This document shows positions 27,278-39,684 of a DNA stretch of 64,000 bases, piece after piece. Both the position numbers and the translations under genes were made by a program. Under the pieces are notes generated by a model. The model had not been told where the DNA came from. It did no database searches and worked only from the letters and a program-made list of their open reading frames with translations. Positions within the stretch are counted from its first letter, which is position 1. Each line of letters opens with the position of its first letter. Source of the DNA: Azolla caroliniana. Taxonomy: Eukaryota > Plantae > Polypodiophyta. The stretch lies in NCBI GenBank assembly GCA_043228905.1, contig JBHGNT010000004.1:22568001-22632000 (forward strand), read 5' to 3'.

Positions 27278-30200
27278 ATGTCTGATCGGCCTCCACCACC
27301 ATCTCCTGGAGGCAGCTATGGCGGCCGTGGGCGCGGGCGCGGGCGAGGCGGAACCGACGAGCGTCAGGGCTCGGGCCGTGGCCCCCGTGGCGGCGGCCAA
27401 GCCTCTGGATATTCAGGTGGTCGCGGTCGCGGCCGTGATTCTGGCGCTGGCGGCGACGATCGTCCACAGGAGTATCAAGGAGCTCCTCGCTATGGCGGCG
27501 GAGGTGGAGGTGGAGGTGGAGATGGAGGTAGAGGTAGAGGCAGAGGTAGAGCTGGTGGCTACGGACAACAGGGTAGGGATGAAGGAGGAGGTGGCTATGG
27601 ACAATCTGGCAGAGGAGAAGGAGGAGTCGGCGGCTATGGACAACAAGGCAGGGGAGTAGGACGTAGATGGGAATCATCCACCGATGTTGGCACTGTCCAA
27701 CCAGAAAGTAAGTTCTCATCACAATCCATCACTTCAAAATATATGCATTCTAATCTGTTTCCTTTCATTATACCTGATGGGGCCATGGCCATGATCTTGC
27801 ATGTACTCTCCACTATCCATCAATCGAGATGGAAGGCAAGTACATGCATTTGCTCTTCAACATTGTTACGCCTGTCATCTTTGCTGTTATTTGTCATCAT
27901 TATCGCCCAAAGTTATATATGGCTCGGTTCTCATTGTATTTTCTGTGTCTTTCTGTAGTAGCTGAGACAGAGTCTCAGCATGCACCTCCTTGGGGACATC
28001 TTCTCCCTGGTGCTGCTCCTAGCCCTGTTGCTAGTGCGATTAGTACTCCAGATATGTCTAAATTCAGCATTCAGGAAGAGAAGCCCAAATCGAGTTCGGG
28101 AGAAGTACAAAACTTGGTGAGCCCCAAGAGACCTCCCCCAGGTAGAGCTGGACACCGTGCATTGGTCCGAGCAAATCACTTCCTTGTAAAGCTCAAGTCA
28201 GGGATTGTTATCTTCCAATATGATGTTGACATTAATCCTAAAGTATCGTCTAAAGCAATTTGTAGGCGCCTCCATAGACAACTAATTTCTACTAATGACC
28301 TTGATTTTGGTGATAAGAAGCCTGTTTATGATGGGAGCAAGATCTTGTGGTGTGCTGGGTCTTTGCCATTTGAAAGAAAGGATTTCACCATAACCCTTGT
28401 CGATGAAAATAAAGAGAAAGAGTTTACAGTTTCTATCCGTCATGTGGCTACCTTGAACAGCTCAAATCTGAACAACTTCCTTCAAGGAAGGGGTAGTTCG
28501 ACCCCACAAGAACACTTACAAGCACTGGATATTGCCCTCAGAGAAGCTCCCTCCATGAACTTCACACCAGTTGCTCGATCTTTCTTCACCAAAGACTTTG
28601 GTTCAGCCACATTAGATGGTGGATTGATAGCATGGAATGGGTTTTTCCAGAGTTTAAGGCTGACAGCTCAAGGCTTAGCAGTCAACGTGGATTTAGCAGC
28701 CACTGCTTTTTATGAGAGCATTCCAGTAGTTGATTTCCTAAGGAAGAATCTCAGGCAGTTCAATCCGAGTTTGAGGATGAATGATGCTACACGGGCCTTG
28801 GTTCGGAAAGCAATTGTTAGGCTCAAAGTAGGGGTTGTTCATAGGCAAACTCCTAGAAAGTATAGGATTTGTGGTCTCTCTCCTGTTGCAGCAAAGGATC
28901 TCAAGTTCTCCATGGATGATGGTGGAGAGACAGGGATAATTGAATATTTTCAAAACGCATACAACTATGTGATTCAGTTTCCTGAGCTCCCTTGTGTTCA
29001 GGTGCAAGCAAAGAAGACCAGCTATCTACCTATGGAAGTTTGTGTCATATGTGAGGGTCAGAAATACATTGGAAGACTATTGGAAAGACAGACAACCATG
29101 CTGCGGGCTCTGGCATGTGTGAGACCTGGAGAGAGAGAGCAAAATATAAGAAGTCTCATGGCTAGACCTGATGGGCCTGGAAGGTATACATTGTTTTACG
29201 CATTTATCCCTATCAAAATTCTATTGCTGGTGTTCATTTATCACATGTTAACCTTTACCTATCATATTATATTTATAGGGGCCAATATGTGAGTGCGTTT
29301 GGTATGGAAGTATCAGCAGAACTAACCACTGTAAATGCTCGGATACTTAATCCTCCAAAGCTGAAGTATGGGAATGGCGGAGCCATCAAGGAAATTGATC
29401 CAAAATTTGGGGCATGGAATCTAATGAGCTCTTGCATGGTGGAAGGTGGGAAAGTTACTTACTGGGCTATGGTTTGTTTTGATAATACTGTTAACTTTGC
29501 TGCTGCAAATGCCTTTGTCCATGGATTAAGCAAGAGATGCATGGAGTTGGGCTTGACCATTGCACAAAAGATGGTCATACCTCCTGCATTATGTAGAAGA
29601 GAAGATCTTGATGGTCCGAGGCTTGACCGAACCTTAAGGAATGTGTTCTCACAAGCTACTCAGGCTGTGCATGCCATGGATCCAAGAGCCTCTCTTGAGC
29701 TTCTGGTGTGTATCATGAATGACAAGCATGTGGCCTATGGGGATTTAAAGAGAATATGTGAAACCGACTTGGGAGTGGTTACACAATGCTGCTTGACAAA
29801 GCATGTGAGGAAGTTAAATTCTCAATACCTCGCTAATGTGGCTTTAAAAATCAATGCGAAAGTGGGTGGAAGAAACAATACCTTGGCTGTGGAGATTCCA
29901 CAGCTGTGCCCAATGTTCAACAGGCCGGCGATGGTCTTTGGTGCTGATGTCACTCATCCAAATCCTGGAGATGACATGAGTCCATCCATAGCTGCTGTGG
30001 TGGCAAACAATGATTGGCCATCAGCTATCCGTTATGTAGCAACTGTGAAAGCACAGACACATCGTGAAGAAATGATAGAAGGTTTGAAGGAGATGGTTCA
30101 AGAGCTGTGGCGCAAGTTTTGTGAGAGAACTCGCCTCCGACCTGAGCAAATCATCATGTTCAGGGATGGGGTGAGTGAAGGTCAATTTGATACTGTCCTC

Positions 30201-30764
30201 CAATGTGAGGTGAGAGCTCTAAAAGAGGCATTTACCCAAGTTGGGGGTCCTGATTATAACCCTCGGATCACTTGGGTAGTGGTGCAGAAGAGGCACCATA
30301 CAAGGCTGTTTCCAGCAGATAATAACCGGGATCGGAGCAACAATGTGATGCCAGGTACAGTCGTGGACACAGTCATAACACATCCGAGAGAATTTGATTT
30401 CTACCTATGCAGCCATGCGGGAATACAAGGCACAAGTAAGCCAACACATTACCATGTGTTGTGGGATGAGAATGGGTTCACCTCGGATAGCTTGCAAACG
30501 ATGATAAATAACATGTGCTATACGTATGTGAGATGCACACGCTCGGTATCTGTCGTGCCTCCTGCCTATTATGCGCATCTGGCTGCGTATCGTGCCCGTC
30601 TTTACATAGAAGGCCAGGGAGGCTCTGACACGAGTTCACAGAGAGGAGAGCAGATGTCTGGGTCAGGAACGAGTAGTGGCCGGTCTAGTAGGCCTGGGGC
30701 TCCCTTGGTGCGCCCACTTCCCACGGTTCGCAAGAATGTGCAAGAAGTTATGTATTTTTGCTGA
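27278..30764 (+). CDS. AGO: Argonaute protein, AGO2/3/7-type architecture, ~1046 aa
   Basis: Exons 27278-27707, 27959-29183 and 29279-30764 total 3141 nt in phase. The protein has a Gly/Arg-rich N-terminus, N domain (VRANHFLV), PAZ (YLPMEVCVICEGQKY), MID (YGDLKRICETDLGVVTQC, NVALKINAKVGGRN) and PIWI (GADVTHP, REEMI, FRDGVSEGQF, QKRHHTRLF, YYAHLAAYRAR), ending MYFC*. Confidence 0.96.
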
Positions 30765-32468
30765 GCGTAGTTTATATATTGTTAATCTTGACATTTTGAC
30801 TTTTTTGTTCATGTCTTGTGCCCTCCACATGACCAAATTTTCGAATTAGCTGAACAATATTTTGCGTGGAAGCTTTATCGGAAGTTGTCATTGAGTCTAC
30901 TGACAGGTTATTCTGGTTAAGAAACTTCTTTAAAAGGTATTGACTGGGATCTCTGATGGGGTGTTTTATCAAAGTTTAAAAACTATATACAAGTGTAAGC
31001 CCCTGAGTGTTGCTACCGAGTGTAGAATGTATATGTCTTCTCTATAATGCAGGTAAATGGAAGGAATATCTATTGGATTCATGACAATTGTTGTTACTTT
31101 ATTTCTTGATTTATTATGCATCATTTTATGTGTTATATATAGGCGAAAGATTAAACTTTCCTAACTGTTTTGGATAAATGTTAGCCTCCAGATAGTCACA
31201 CTTTGTCTCGATGCTCGAGTCTCTTTATGTCTGAGCTTGAAATGGTACAATTGAGTAGTGAAGTAAACAAATTTTTGTATACAAGGAGACTTATGATTTA
31301 TGAACATTTTTCATTTGTTTGGAGCATGTTATTTTCTGTGCTTGAAGTAGTTTTTAAGAAGGCAATTCTAAAAGGAATCACTTTAGTGTGTATTATTATA
31401 TGGTAAATTAATATTTGCCACTTTGTGGAACACCATGAATTGTCAATTGTAAGCACGTTCGGAAGGAGACAGTAATCTTGGACATTTGATCAAGTGTTCT
31501 CTCATGGTTTTCATGCATAAGAATTTGACGGCTTCAAGATGTTTTGCAACTCCGTTTTATTTGGATGGCATTCACTAACATTAGCTATTCTTTTCATTCT
31601 TTGTGCTGTTTTGTTGTGAGGATCTTACCGGAGTTGGGATACTAAAGAAACTTGGAAAAATAGGATAATGCTACTGTTGAGAAGCCATATTTTAGGAGGA
31701 ATTTGTGACTTCTGAGAGTGTTATGGTATGGACTACTAGAATTATGGAGAGGGTTTGTTATGAAAAAGAACATCAAACCTATGACATATTTGAATTGTAG
31801 TTGCATAAAAACATTTGAATCTACAACTTGTATTTGCACCCATTTTGTTAAAGTGAAAGCAGCCAACAAAGATTCATTTTTCTGAATTCAAAATTAAGTT
31901 TGGTCTATACTTCATTTGGGACATGCATATATGCAAATGCATTGAAACACTTTGTGATATGAGAATGTTATGCTCTATGTAGGGATTTGACGTGAATAAA
32001 AATAATCTTTATTTCGTCTTCTCTTATGTTCCATCATTATTCAAATAATAGAATCAAATTATGTCATCATAAGTCCTTAAGAATGCCTACACACACATAA
32101 GAAAAAGGATCAATACAAAGGACTCAATCCTATCTATTTTATTTGTCTTGATTCTACAAAAGTTTTGGTACTAAATACCCTGAAGTGCATCCACTCATCT
32201 TGCTCTAAGCACATATTTCATCGTCAATATATTGTCATCAATCCATTCCATTTCTTCTGGCAACTTGTGTGATAGCTATGCATGATTGGTAAATGGCAAT
32301 AATGCATGATAGCCAAGTTAGGAAAAATAAATCATGGTTGGGCTCTAAGCATGCATAAGATTAGGAGAACTATATATGGGGATCATCTTACTGTTGTCAA
32401 ACCATTCCAAATCAATGCCAATCCTTAACGTAACATTGTAACTATTGTTCTTCTTGCATATAATGAAA

Positions 32469-32932
32469 TGTTGGGGAAAACTGGTCCCTCTGGATGGGAA
32501 GAACATAAGCCGGTAGAGAGCCGAATTGGATGAAGGTTGATCAGCCCGTACCCGATTCAAATTGTGTCCGATTCATCCGAATAGGATTTGTCCAATTTGG
32601 GCTATATTTGTAAATATCCCATACTTGTGTATTAGTATATATACACCTAGGGCTAACATATTGTAATGCATGAGAATCATAGAGATTAGAGTTGTATCAT
32701 AGAGTGTGTTGTAACCGTCTATAAGACGAAGTCGAGCTCAAGGTCATTGCCTAAGAGTCTCTTGTATTCTCATCCATATAGTGATTCTGTGGCTCCCGTG
32801 GTTTTTCCCATTCAGGGTTTTCCACGTTAAAATTTTATGTCTTTGTGTAGGTTTTTCTGTCTTTAGTGTTTCGGTTATTATCTTTCTCAATCTTGCTTGA
32901 GAACCGGTTGTGGCCGGTCCCATATTACAACA
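32469..32932. mobile_element. Solo LTR, 464 bp (Copia-like)
   Basis: TGTT...AACA termini with perfect TSD TGAAA (32464-32468, 32933-32937). Contains the gtggtttttccc...gggttttccacgt motif common in plant Copia LTRs. Confidence 0.88.
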
Positions 32933-33207
32933 TGAAATTCATTTTTTGATCTAACATTGTTTTTATCTTTAGCCCTTAACATATAGAAAATTAGCTCTGG
33001 GACATCCACTGGAAATTATAGATGGGGAATTAGCTTGAAGTGGGCTTGCAAAAGCAAATGGAGCATTGACTTGGGGAGGGTTCGTGAAAATGGATGGAAC
33101 ATAGGTTGGAAAGGGCACACTAAAGAAGTTGAAACATGAGCTTGAAAAAAAACGCATGGTGTCATGTTGAAGTGGAATCATGCATTAGATAGAACATCAA
33201 CCCAAAA

Positions 33208-33299
33208 TTGGCTCATGGAAGGATATTTTGTTTTGAAAAAAATTAATTTGGCTCATGGAAGGATATTTTGTTTTGAAAAAAATTAATTTGGCTCATGGA
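33208..33299. repeat. Perfect 40-bp tandem repeat (2.3 copies)
   Basis: ttggctcatggaaggatattttgttttgaaaaaaattaat starts at 33208 and 33248, with a partial copy at 33288. Confidence 0.92.
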
Positions 33300-34876
33300 T
33301 ACATATGGAACATTAGCATGTAATACACTCACACATGCAAATGGAATGGAACATGGGCCTAGAGAGGGGACATGAAAGTTGATGGAACATCAACTTGAAA
33401 TGGGTTAACATACAAGTTGGTTTCTAGGATCCAAAAGTAAACCAAATCATTTAGGAGTTAAGAGGATTAGAGGGAATGCTTGGAGATGCAAATTAGAAGA
33501 TGAGTAGAGGAGGTAGAGACCAAACAAAAGGATGAGTATTACATGTGTATAAAACCTAAGCTCTACATATGACCTTAAAAGACTTTACAATCTTGAAGAT
33601 ATTACAACCTAATAATTTAGGTCCGTGCAAATGACTTTATACAACACAACCTTGAAAATGTCATAACCATAACAATCCACTACTTGAGAAATTGATGAGG
33701 ATGCTAGATATAGATTCCTCACATGTTGTAAATAAACAAGAGTGATTATGTGCTACGGAAGTGATATGTGTCTGTGTGTGAAGGAGAGAAATAGAGAGAG
33801 CTTGACGTATATAGAAAATGCAAGTAAAAACTATATTAACAAGGAGCAGAATACAAGAATAACCAACAACAGTTAAAAGGGAGGTGAGAGAGCACTTATA
33901 TAGTCACTTTCCCACTATTCTCTTTCTACAACCACCACTTATGTAAAGAGAGGTGGATTCTTAACTACATTGAATATGTGTCATAGAACTATAAGATTCT
34001 ATGACACACTAGTAACTATAATAGGTGGTGGGGTGTTCACACACTAGGGTGTGTTCTCACTGTAAAGAATCAAGAGATGGATTCTTGTGAAGCGGAATAG
34101 GTGTGAACTGTGTGTGTATGAGAGAGAGAGAGAGAGAGAGAGAGTGAAACACAGAGAATACACAAGGTAAAAGTATATTGACAAAGGAGAAAGACTCAAC
34201 ACATACAAGGTGGGAGCAGTATTGGGCAAAGTCCTAGGAACAGTGTCAGCCTTCCGGTTGCATTGGGACTTTTGCCGGCCAAGGTGGGGGAATGCCGGAA
34301 TTGATTCCGACCAGGTTATCCTACCAACATGAATCTAGCCGGTTGATATTTTTTCAACCGGCTAGTTATATAGTTTTTTAAAAATATAGGTATGTATATA
34401 TAACAAAAATATAGTTTTAACTTTCCCCCTCTTTCCCCCTCTTTCCCCCTTTCTTCCCTCCTGAGAGTCAAGAGTCGAGACTCGAGACTCGAGACCTTAC
34501 GTTTCTTGATCCCTGTTCGCTGCTCACAGTCGCTATTTGCTTATCCCTATTGTTGCTTCCCGTTCCCTGCTCCCTATTCCTTGGTCTCTACTCTTTGATC
34601 GATACTCCTTGTTCCCTGGTCACTGCTCCCTACTTGTTCTTCCATGTGCACAAACCACCACTCTCAGGTATGGATTTTGCTCATTTTTCTTATGAGGTAT
34701 GTATTTTGGCTTTCCTCTAGCTAAACAATGTCTTGTCTCTTGAGGTTGTGCTCATTATTGTTGGAGATGAGCTATAATAAAACATTCAATTATCTAATTC
34801 TTTCATAATTATATTGCATGTTGAGGTCTTTATGCATGGCTAATAAAAGCTCTATTTTTGTGCAAAAATGAAGAAA

Positions 34877-35743
34877 TTAAATCCCCATTGTTGTATATAT
34901 GGTAGTAGACTTCATAGGTTTTTTCATGTAAGAATAACAATCATATTGTTCCTTCTCTTCTTCTTCTTCTTCTTCTTCTTCTTCTTCTTCTTCTAGCATT
35001 ACATCAAGGCCTTCACAAGATTTGAACCTCCTATGTTGATGGTGAGGATGCTGCATTTTAGGTTTTTGTCTTGTGAAGTCATTATAAGGTTTCCATAGAG
35101 GTGAATTAGCCTCTCGATCAAAGCAAGATTCCAGATCATGGATCCTATTAAAACATAAAGACCTTTCTATATTTAGAGGCTTTCCTCCTTCTTGACCAAG
35201 ACCATGACCATGACCATCCCAATGACCATGACCATCATCAATATCATCATCATCATCATCTAATCCTTCCATTAGCTCCCATGCATTAATAGTTTCCAAT
35301 TGATCTACACCATTATCAGCATGAATGCTATGTTGTTCAGGGTGACCCATACCTTCTTGCTCTTCCTCTTGTTCTTCTTCAATGATCGGATTAAGCTCTA
35401 TTTTGAATGATTTGAGGTTATTATAAATGTGGCCCAAATCATCCTTTTTGTCACTGAGCTTGAGAAAACCATAGCTTGATCTAGAAGCAAGGGGAACGAC
35501 ATGATGCCTGTCTTTCACTCTGTTTCTCTCACTTTCTTCTTCTTTTTCTTCATCTTCTTCTTCAATATGATGATAATTTATGGGTTCTGATACAGTTCTT
35601 GAAACAGGGGCATACCAGCTTTTATTCATAACATTACTAGAGTTAGTAGTAGTACTAGTACCATTAGTAATGGCTTTTTGTGGAACAAAGTACTCTGTTC
35701 CTCTCCTCTTTCTTCCTAACGACTTTGAAGATGAACAACCCAT
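34877..35743 (-). CDS. Open 288-aa ORF: N-terminal part of a glutaredoxin-like (At5g39865/At3g28850-type) gene, lacking the GRX domain
   Basis: MGCSSSK start (myristoylation/palmitoylation-type motif), HHVVPLASRSSYGFLKL and ETINAWELMEGLDD are motifs I recognise from this plant family. No RKTFEDC GRX domain or CxxCxG repeats follow. Expression is unknown. Confidence 0.7.
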   Translation of the reverse strand: MGCSSSKSLGRKRRGTEYFVPQKAITNGTSTTTNSSNVMNKSWYAPVSRTVSEPINYHHIEEEDEEKEEESERNRVKDRHHVVPLASRSSYGFLKLSDKKDDLGHIYNNLKSFKIELNPIIEEEQEEEQEGMGHPEQHSIHADNGVDQLETINAWELMEGLDDDDDDIDDGHGHWDGHGHGLGQEGGKPLNIERSLCFNRIHDLESCFDREANSPLWKPYNDFTRQKPKMQHPHHQHRRFKSCEGLDVMLEEEEEEEEEEEEEKEQYDCYSYMKKPMKSTTIYTTMGI

Positions 35744-36016
35744 ACTTATAATATGCTTAAATCTAGTATGTATGATAAAAAGACAGATTTTTCACTAGAT
35801 TACTAAGAAAGTTTAGTCATTGCATAGATGTATGGATCTCATTAATATCAGTAGTTATGATTAAGGTTAAGGTGGGGCGATAAGTAATAAGCCCAACTTT
35901 AGCGTGAGGGAAGATCATGGATGTGAATCTATGAAATGTAAAGTGTGTATGTAGGTTTCGCCTTCTTATATTATGTTAGTCAAACATTCTCTGCATTATT
36001 GTTACAGACTTACAAT

Positions 36017-38250
36017 ATGTCCCAAAACAAAAATATGAAAGGCAAAGGAAAGCAAATTAGCCTCTTTACAATGCCCGGCTTTAGGAAAAACTTGCCATCT
36101 AAAGAAGATGTGTCTCTAGAAGAGCCTATAAAGGACCATCAACACTCTGAAGAATTACTTCATGAGATGAATAGAATTAGTAAGGCCAAACTAAAATTTC
36201 AAGAAGATTGGCTTACTAAATTTAAGTGGCTTCAAGAGGATTTAGAAACTGGTCTTTTATGGTGTAGTTATTGTAGGAGTGATCCTCATAGTAAGTCTTC
36301 ATTTGGCAAAACAGGTGCCAAAAACTTTAAGACTTCCGCATTAGAAGAACATGCAAGAAGTGTGGCCCATCGAGATGCCATTTTGTTACAAGAACGAGAC
36401 AAGAATGGTCTTGAAAAATGTGCATCAAAAAAAGAAGCAAGTGTGGATGTAGCAATTGAAAAATTGTTTAAATGTGCATATTTTATAGCTAAAGAGGATT
36501 TAGCATTTAGAAAATTGGAAAGCCTCTTACGATTGTTAAGAGAATGTGGTGTGGAAGGCCTTCCACGAATGTATAATGATAATAAGGCTTGTGCAAGCTT
36601 TATCTTGCACATTAGCAAGGCTCTTGAAGCTGAGATCTATGATAGGTTGAGGAAAAGTCCTTGGTTTGGGCTTATGGTAGATGAAGCTACCGATGTAAGC
36701 GTAACCAAGAACTTGATTCTTTATGCTACATTTGTGGAAGGAAGGCAAGTAAGAACCTCTTATTTGGGGTTACTTGAAGTAGAGGATGGTACATCAAACA
36801 CAATAACAGAAAGCATTTTAGCATTGTTAAAAAAGTGGAACTTAGATGTTAGAAAAATGATGGGATTCGGAAGTGATGGAGCATCTGTTATGGTAGGTAT
36901 GTGTACAGGTGTTGCTACAAGATTGAAGTCATATAACCCATTTATGACTTCCTTACATTGTTGTGTACATTGAACAAACTTGTGTGTGCAAGAGGCTTCA
37001 AAGAACATTGAAGTCAAAGAAACATGTAAGCAGTTAGATGCCCTTGTGAATCGGGTGGCTGCACATTTCTCGAGGAGCTCACTACGCCAGGGTGAATTAA
37101 CTAAGATGCAAGATGCACTAGAATACACACATTTGCATATTCTTGGGATTGTGAAAACACGATGGCTTAGTCGGCATGGTGCTATCATGAGGGTATGTGA
37201 TGTGTATGAACCCTTGATGAAGACTTTACAATCGCAAAGTGATGCATACAATATATATTCTTAAGTTTAAGAAACTTCAAAGTAGTGTATATGCTTCACT
37301 TTCTTGCAGATGTACTTAAGATCATGTCAACGTTAAGTATGGAATTCCAAAAGGAATATGTGGATGTGACATGCATTGGAGGTTTGGTTATGATAGCAAT
37401 TGGGGAGATCGAAGAACAATTTCTCCATCATGTTATGATGGATCTAAATGGTTTTGAGAAGGATAGCTATAATTATCCAATTATTCCAGAATATGGTAGA
37501 GAAAAAGGAATGCTTTTAGTTTTAAGAGATGCTATTAAAGGTAATATGTATAAAAGCATCCTCATGGATAGATGTATTGATGGTGAGGACTTGATTGAAG
37601 CCATACAATTCCAAACTTTGTTTTCTAAGGCATTAATAGAGACAATAAAAAAGAGGCTTCAAGATCCGGTAACTCTTTGCGCATTGAAAATGTTATCACC
37701 AATGAACATGTCTACCGGATCTACAAGCATTTTAGCACGAAAAACTATGGGTCTTAATGAGTTGAAAACAATTGGAAATTTTTATGGCATTCAAAAAATG
37801 GTAGATGGGAAAGCGTTTTCTCCCATAATTGATAATGATAAATTGTATGATGAATATGCAATTTTCAAAAGGCAAGCTACCACGGAATGGCTTGGAAGAG
37901 ATTTCTTAGATGTTTGGGGTATGATAAATTGTAATGATGTATGGAAAGAAAAGCTACCCTAACTTCTAAAGATTGCATTGATAGGTTTAATCCAATGTGC
38001 TTCTACAGCAACATGTGAGAGAGGCTTTAGTCACCTAAATCTAATAAAAATTAAGTTTAGAAATAGGCTGAAAAACAATGCGGTTGATGCATTGATACGA
38101 ATATCTATTGAAGGACCTAAACTAGAAGAACATGACTTCAATGCTAGCATTTTGTTGTGGCGAGAAAGCAAGGCATATCATCATATTTTTACAGGAACTT
38201 CTCATGAGCATGATGATGAGATCGAGGACTTCATAGAAGATATAGATTAA
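36017..38250 (+). pseudogene. Disrupted hAT transposase (TTF-type Zn finger, ZNF862-like)
   Basis: Contains FQEDWLTKFKWL..WCSYC..EHARSVAH, DEATD, GSDGASVM, HCCVH, TRWLS and STATCERGFS. Lesions: TGA at 36971-36973, a frameshift in an (AT)n run near 37252-37260, and TAA at 37960-37962. Confidence 0.92.
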
Positions 38251-39684
38251 AACTTTATAAATGTGATTGATTTTGTTTTGGAAACTTTCTATATATTACA
38301 TCTAATTTGATCTAATATGTTGTTAATGCTACTTTGCAAAGGTTTGAAAAGTGAATTATGTTTATAAAGTTAGAATTTTTTTTGGTAAATATATATCTTT
38401 AGTTTTTGGGTTCCAAAATTTTGTGATTGATTTGATTTGGTATTGCATTAGATTTTTTTTGGTTATGCGGCCAAAAAAATTTTCAACATGTTCCGGTTGA
38501 CATTGTCGTTGGTAGGAACGTGGCCGGCCAAAATTTTAAAATTCCGGTTAGGTTCATGAGAAGCAGGAAAATTTCCGGTAGAGGCTACAAACTTTGCCCA
38601 ACACTGGGTGGGAGGAGAGTGCTTTATATAGTCACCCTCTCTCATCATTAACTACAAGACTCATGGACCATGGGGAATGTGAAAGCTCATAAGTTATGTG
38701 TCATAGAATATGATTCTATGACTCATACTAAATGCTAGAATACAAAGTGGTGACTTAATGGTGACTCTTGACCGTTGGAGTGTTTATTCACTCTTAAGGT
38801 GAGTTCACACACTAGACCAAGTTGAGCTTGATTCTCAACACTCACATTAGAGAGAGTTGAGTTTGATTCTCAACACACCCCTTCAAACGCAACTTCTAGA
38901 CGCCAAAAAGTTGGTTTGGTTTGGTCTTCGAAAGACTTCGATTCGGCTGTTCGGCTTAATCAGCTTCGATTGGCTGGTTGATCGTTCTACTCCGTCGTAC
39001 TCCCCCTCAAGCACGGTTGGTCGGTAATCGAGAGACCGAGGTTTGTCGCGAACTACCGCAACTTGTTGATTCCTAGGGCTTTCGTGAATATGTCGACTGT
39101 CTACAGATTTGTGCTAATGTACCACAAATCGATATGTCTAGCCAAGACACGTTCTCAGATGAAATGGTAGTGCACATCAATGTGCTTTGTCCGAGGGTGG
39201 AAGACTGGGTTGCGGGTCAAGTGGATGCTGCTCATGTTATTGCAATATAGGAGAATCAGATCCTCGATGGGAACACCCATATCCTTTAGGATTCTTTTGA
39301 CCCAAACGGCTTCGCATGCGACAACAATTGTGCCCCTGTATTTGGCCTTTGTGCTTGACAATGTGATTGTCAGCCGCTTCTTATTGCTTTACGAAATGGC
39401 TCTGTTGCCGAGTGAGAAGACGATCCGGATGTGGATTGTTTATTAGTTTTGTAACCGGCCCAATCGGCGTTGGTATATCCTTCAAGTCGTATCAAATTCC
39501 CTGATTTGTAGAGAATATTGAAATCCATCGTCCCACTCACATATTGTAATACTTGCTTAGCGCAATACATGTGGATGTTTCGTGGTGTTTGCATGAACTG
39601 GCTAAGGAGACAGACTGAATAACTTAGATTAGGCTGAGTGATGGTGAAGTAAATTAAGCTGCCGACCAGTTGCATCATGTAGTT

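Larger units (their letters stand above)
34217..38606 (+). mobile_element. hAT DNA transposon, 4390 bp, carrying a host gene fragment
   Basis: 16-bp TIRs CAGTATTGGGCAAAGT / CAGTGTTGGGCAAAGT (1 mismatch), perfect 8-bp TSD GGTGGGAG (34209-34216, 38607-38614), and clustered CCGG-core subterminal motifs at both ends. Confidence 0.95.
34061..38840. mobile_element. Solo LTR of a related family inserted in the Copia 3' LTR (itself split by the hAT)
   Basis: Starts TGTAAAG and ends GATTCTCAACA, with perfect TSD CTCAC (34056-34060, 38841-38845). Removing it restores collinearity with the 5' LTR. Confidence 0.88.

Noticed and set aside
27829-30764. Two separate AGO ORFs (487 aa and 491 aa) suggesting a split or frameshifted Argonaute system
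   Set aside because: A canonical 95-nt GT-AG intron (29184-29278) joins them in phase, so this is one gene.
27140-31100. miR168 or miR403 target sites in the AGO transcript
   Set aside because: No match to the remembered AGO1 (miR168) or AGO2 (miR403) sites was seen by eye. A psRNATarget run would be needed to exclude diverged sites.
34877-34910. ORF end TIYTTMGI resembling the start of the GRX domain (VLYTTSLRGI)
   Set aside because: Too short to distinguish from chance, and no continuation of the domain is visible beyond the stop.
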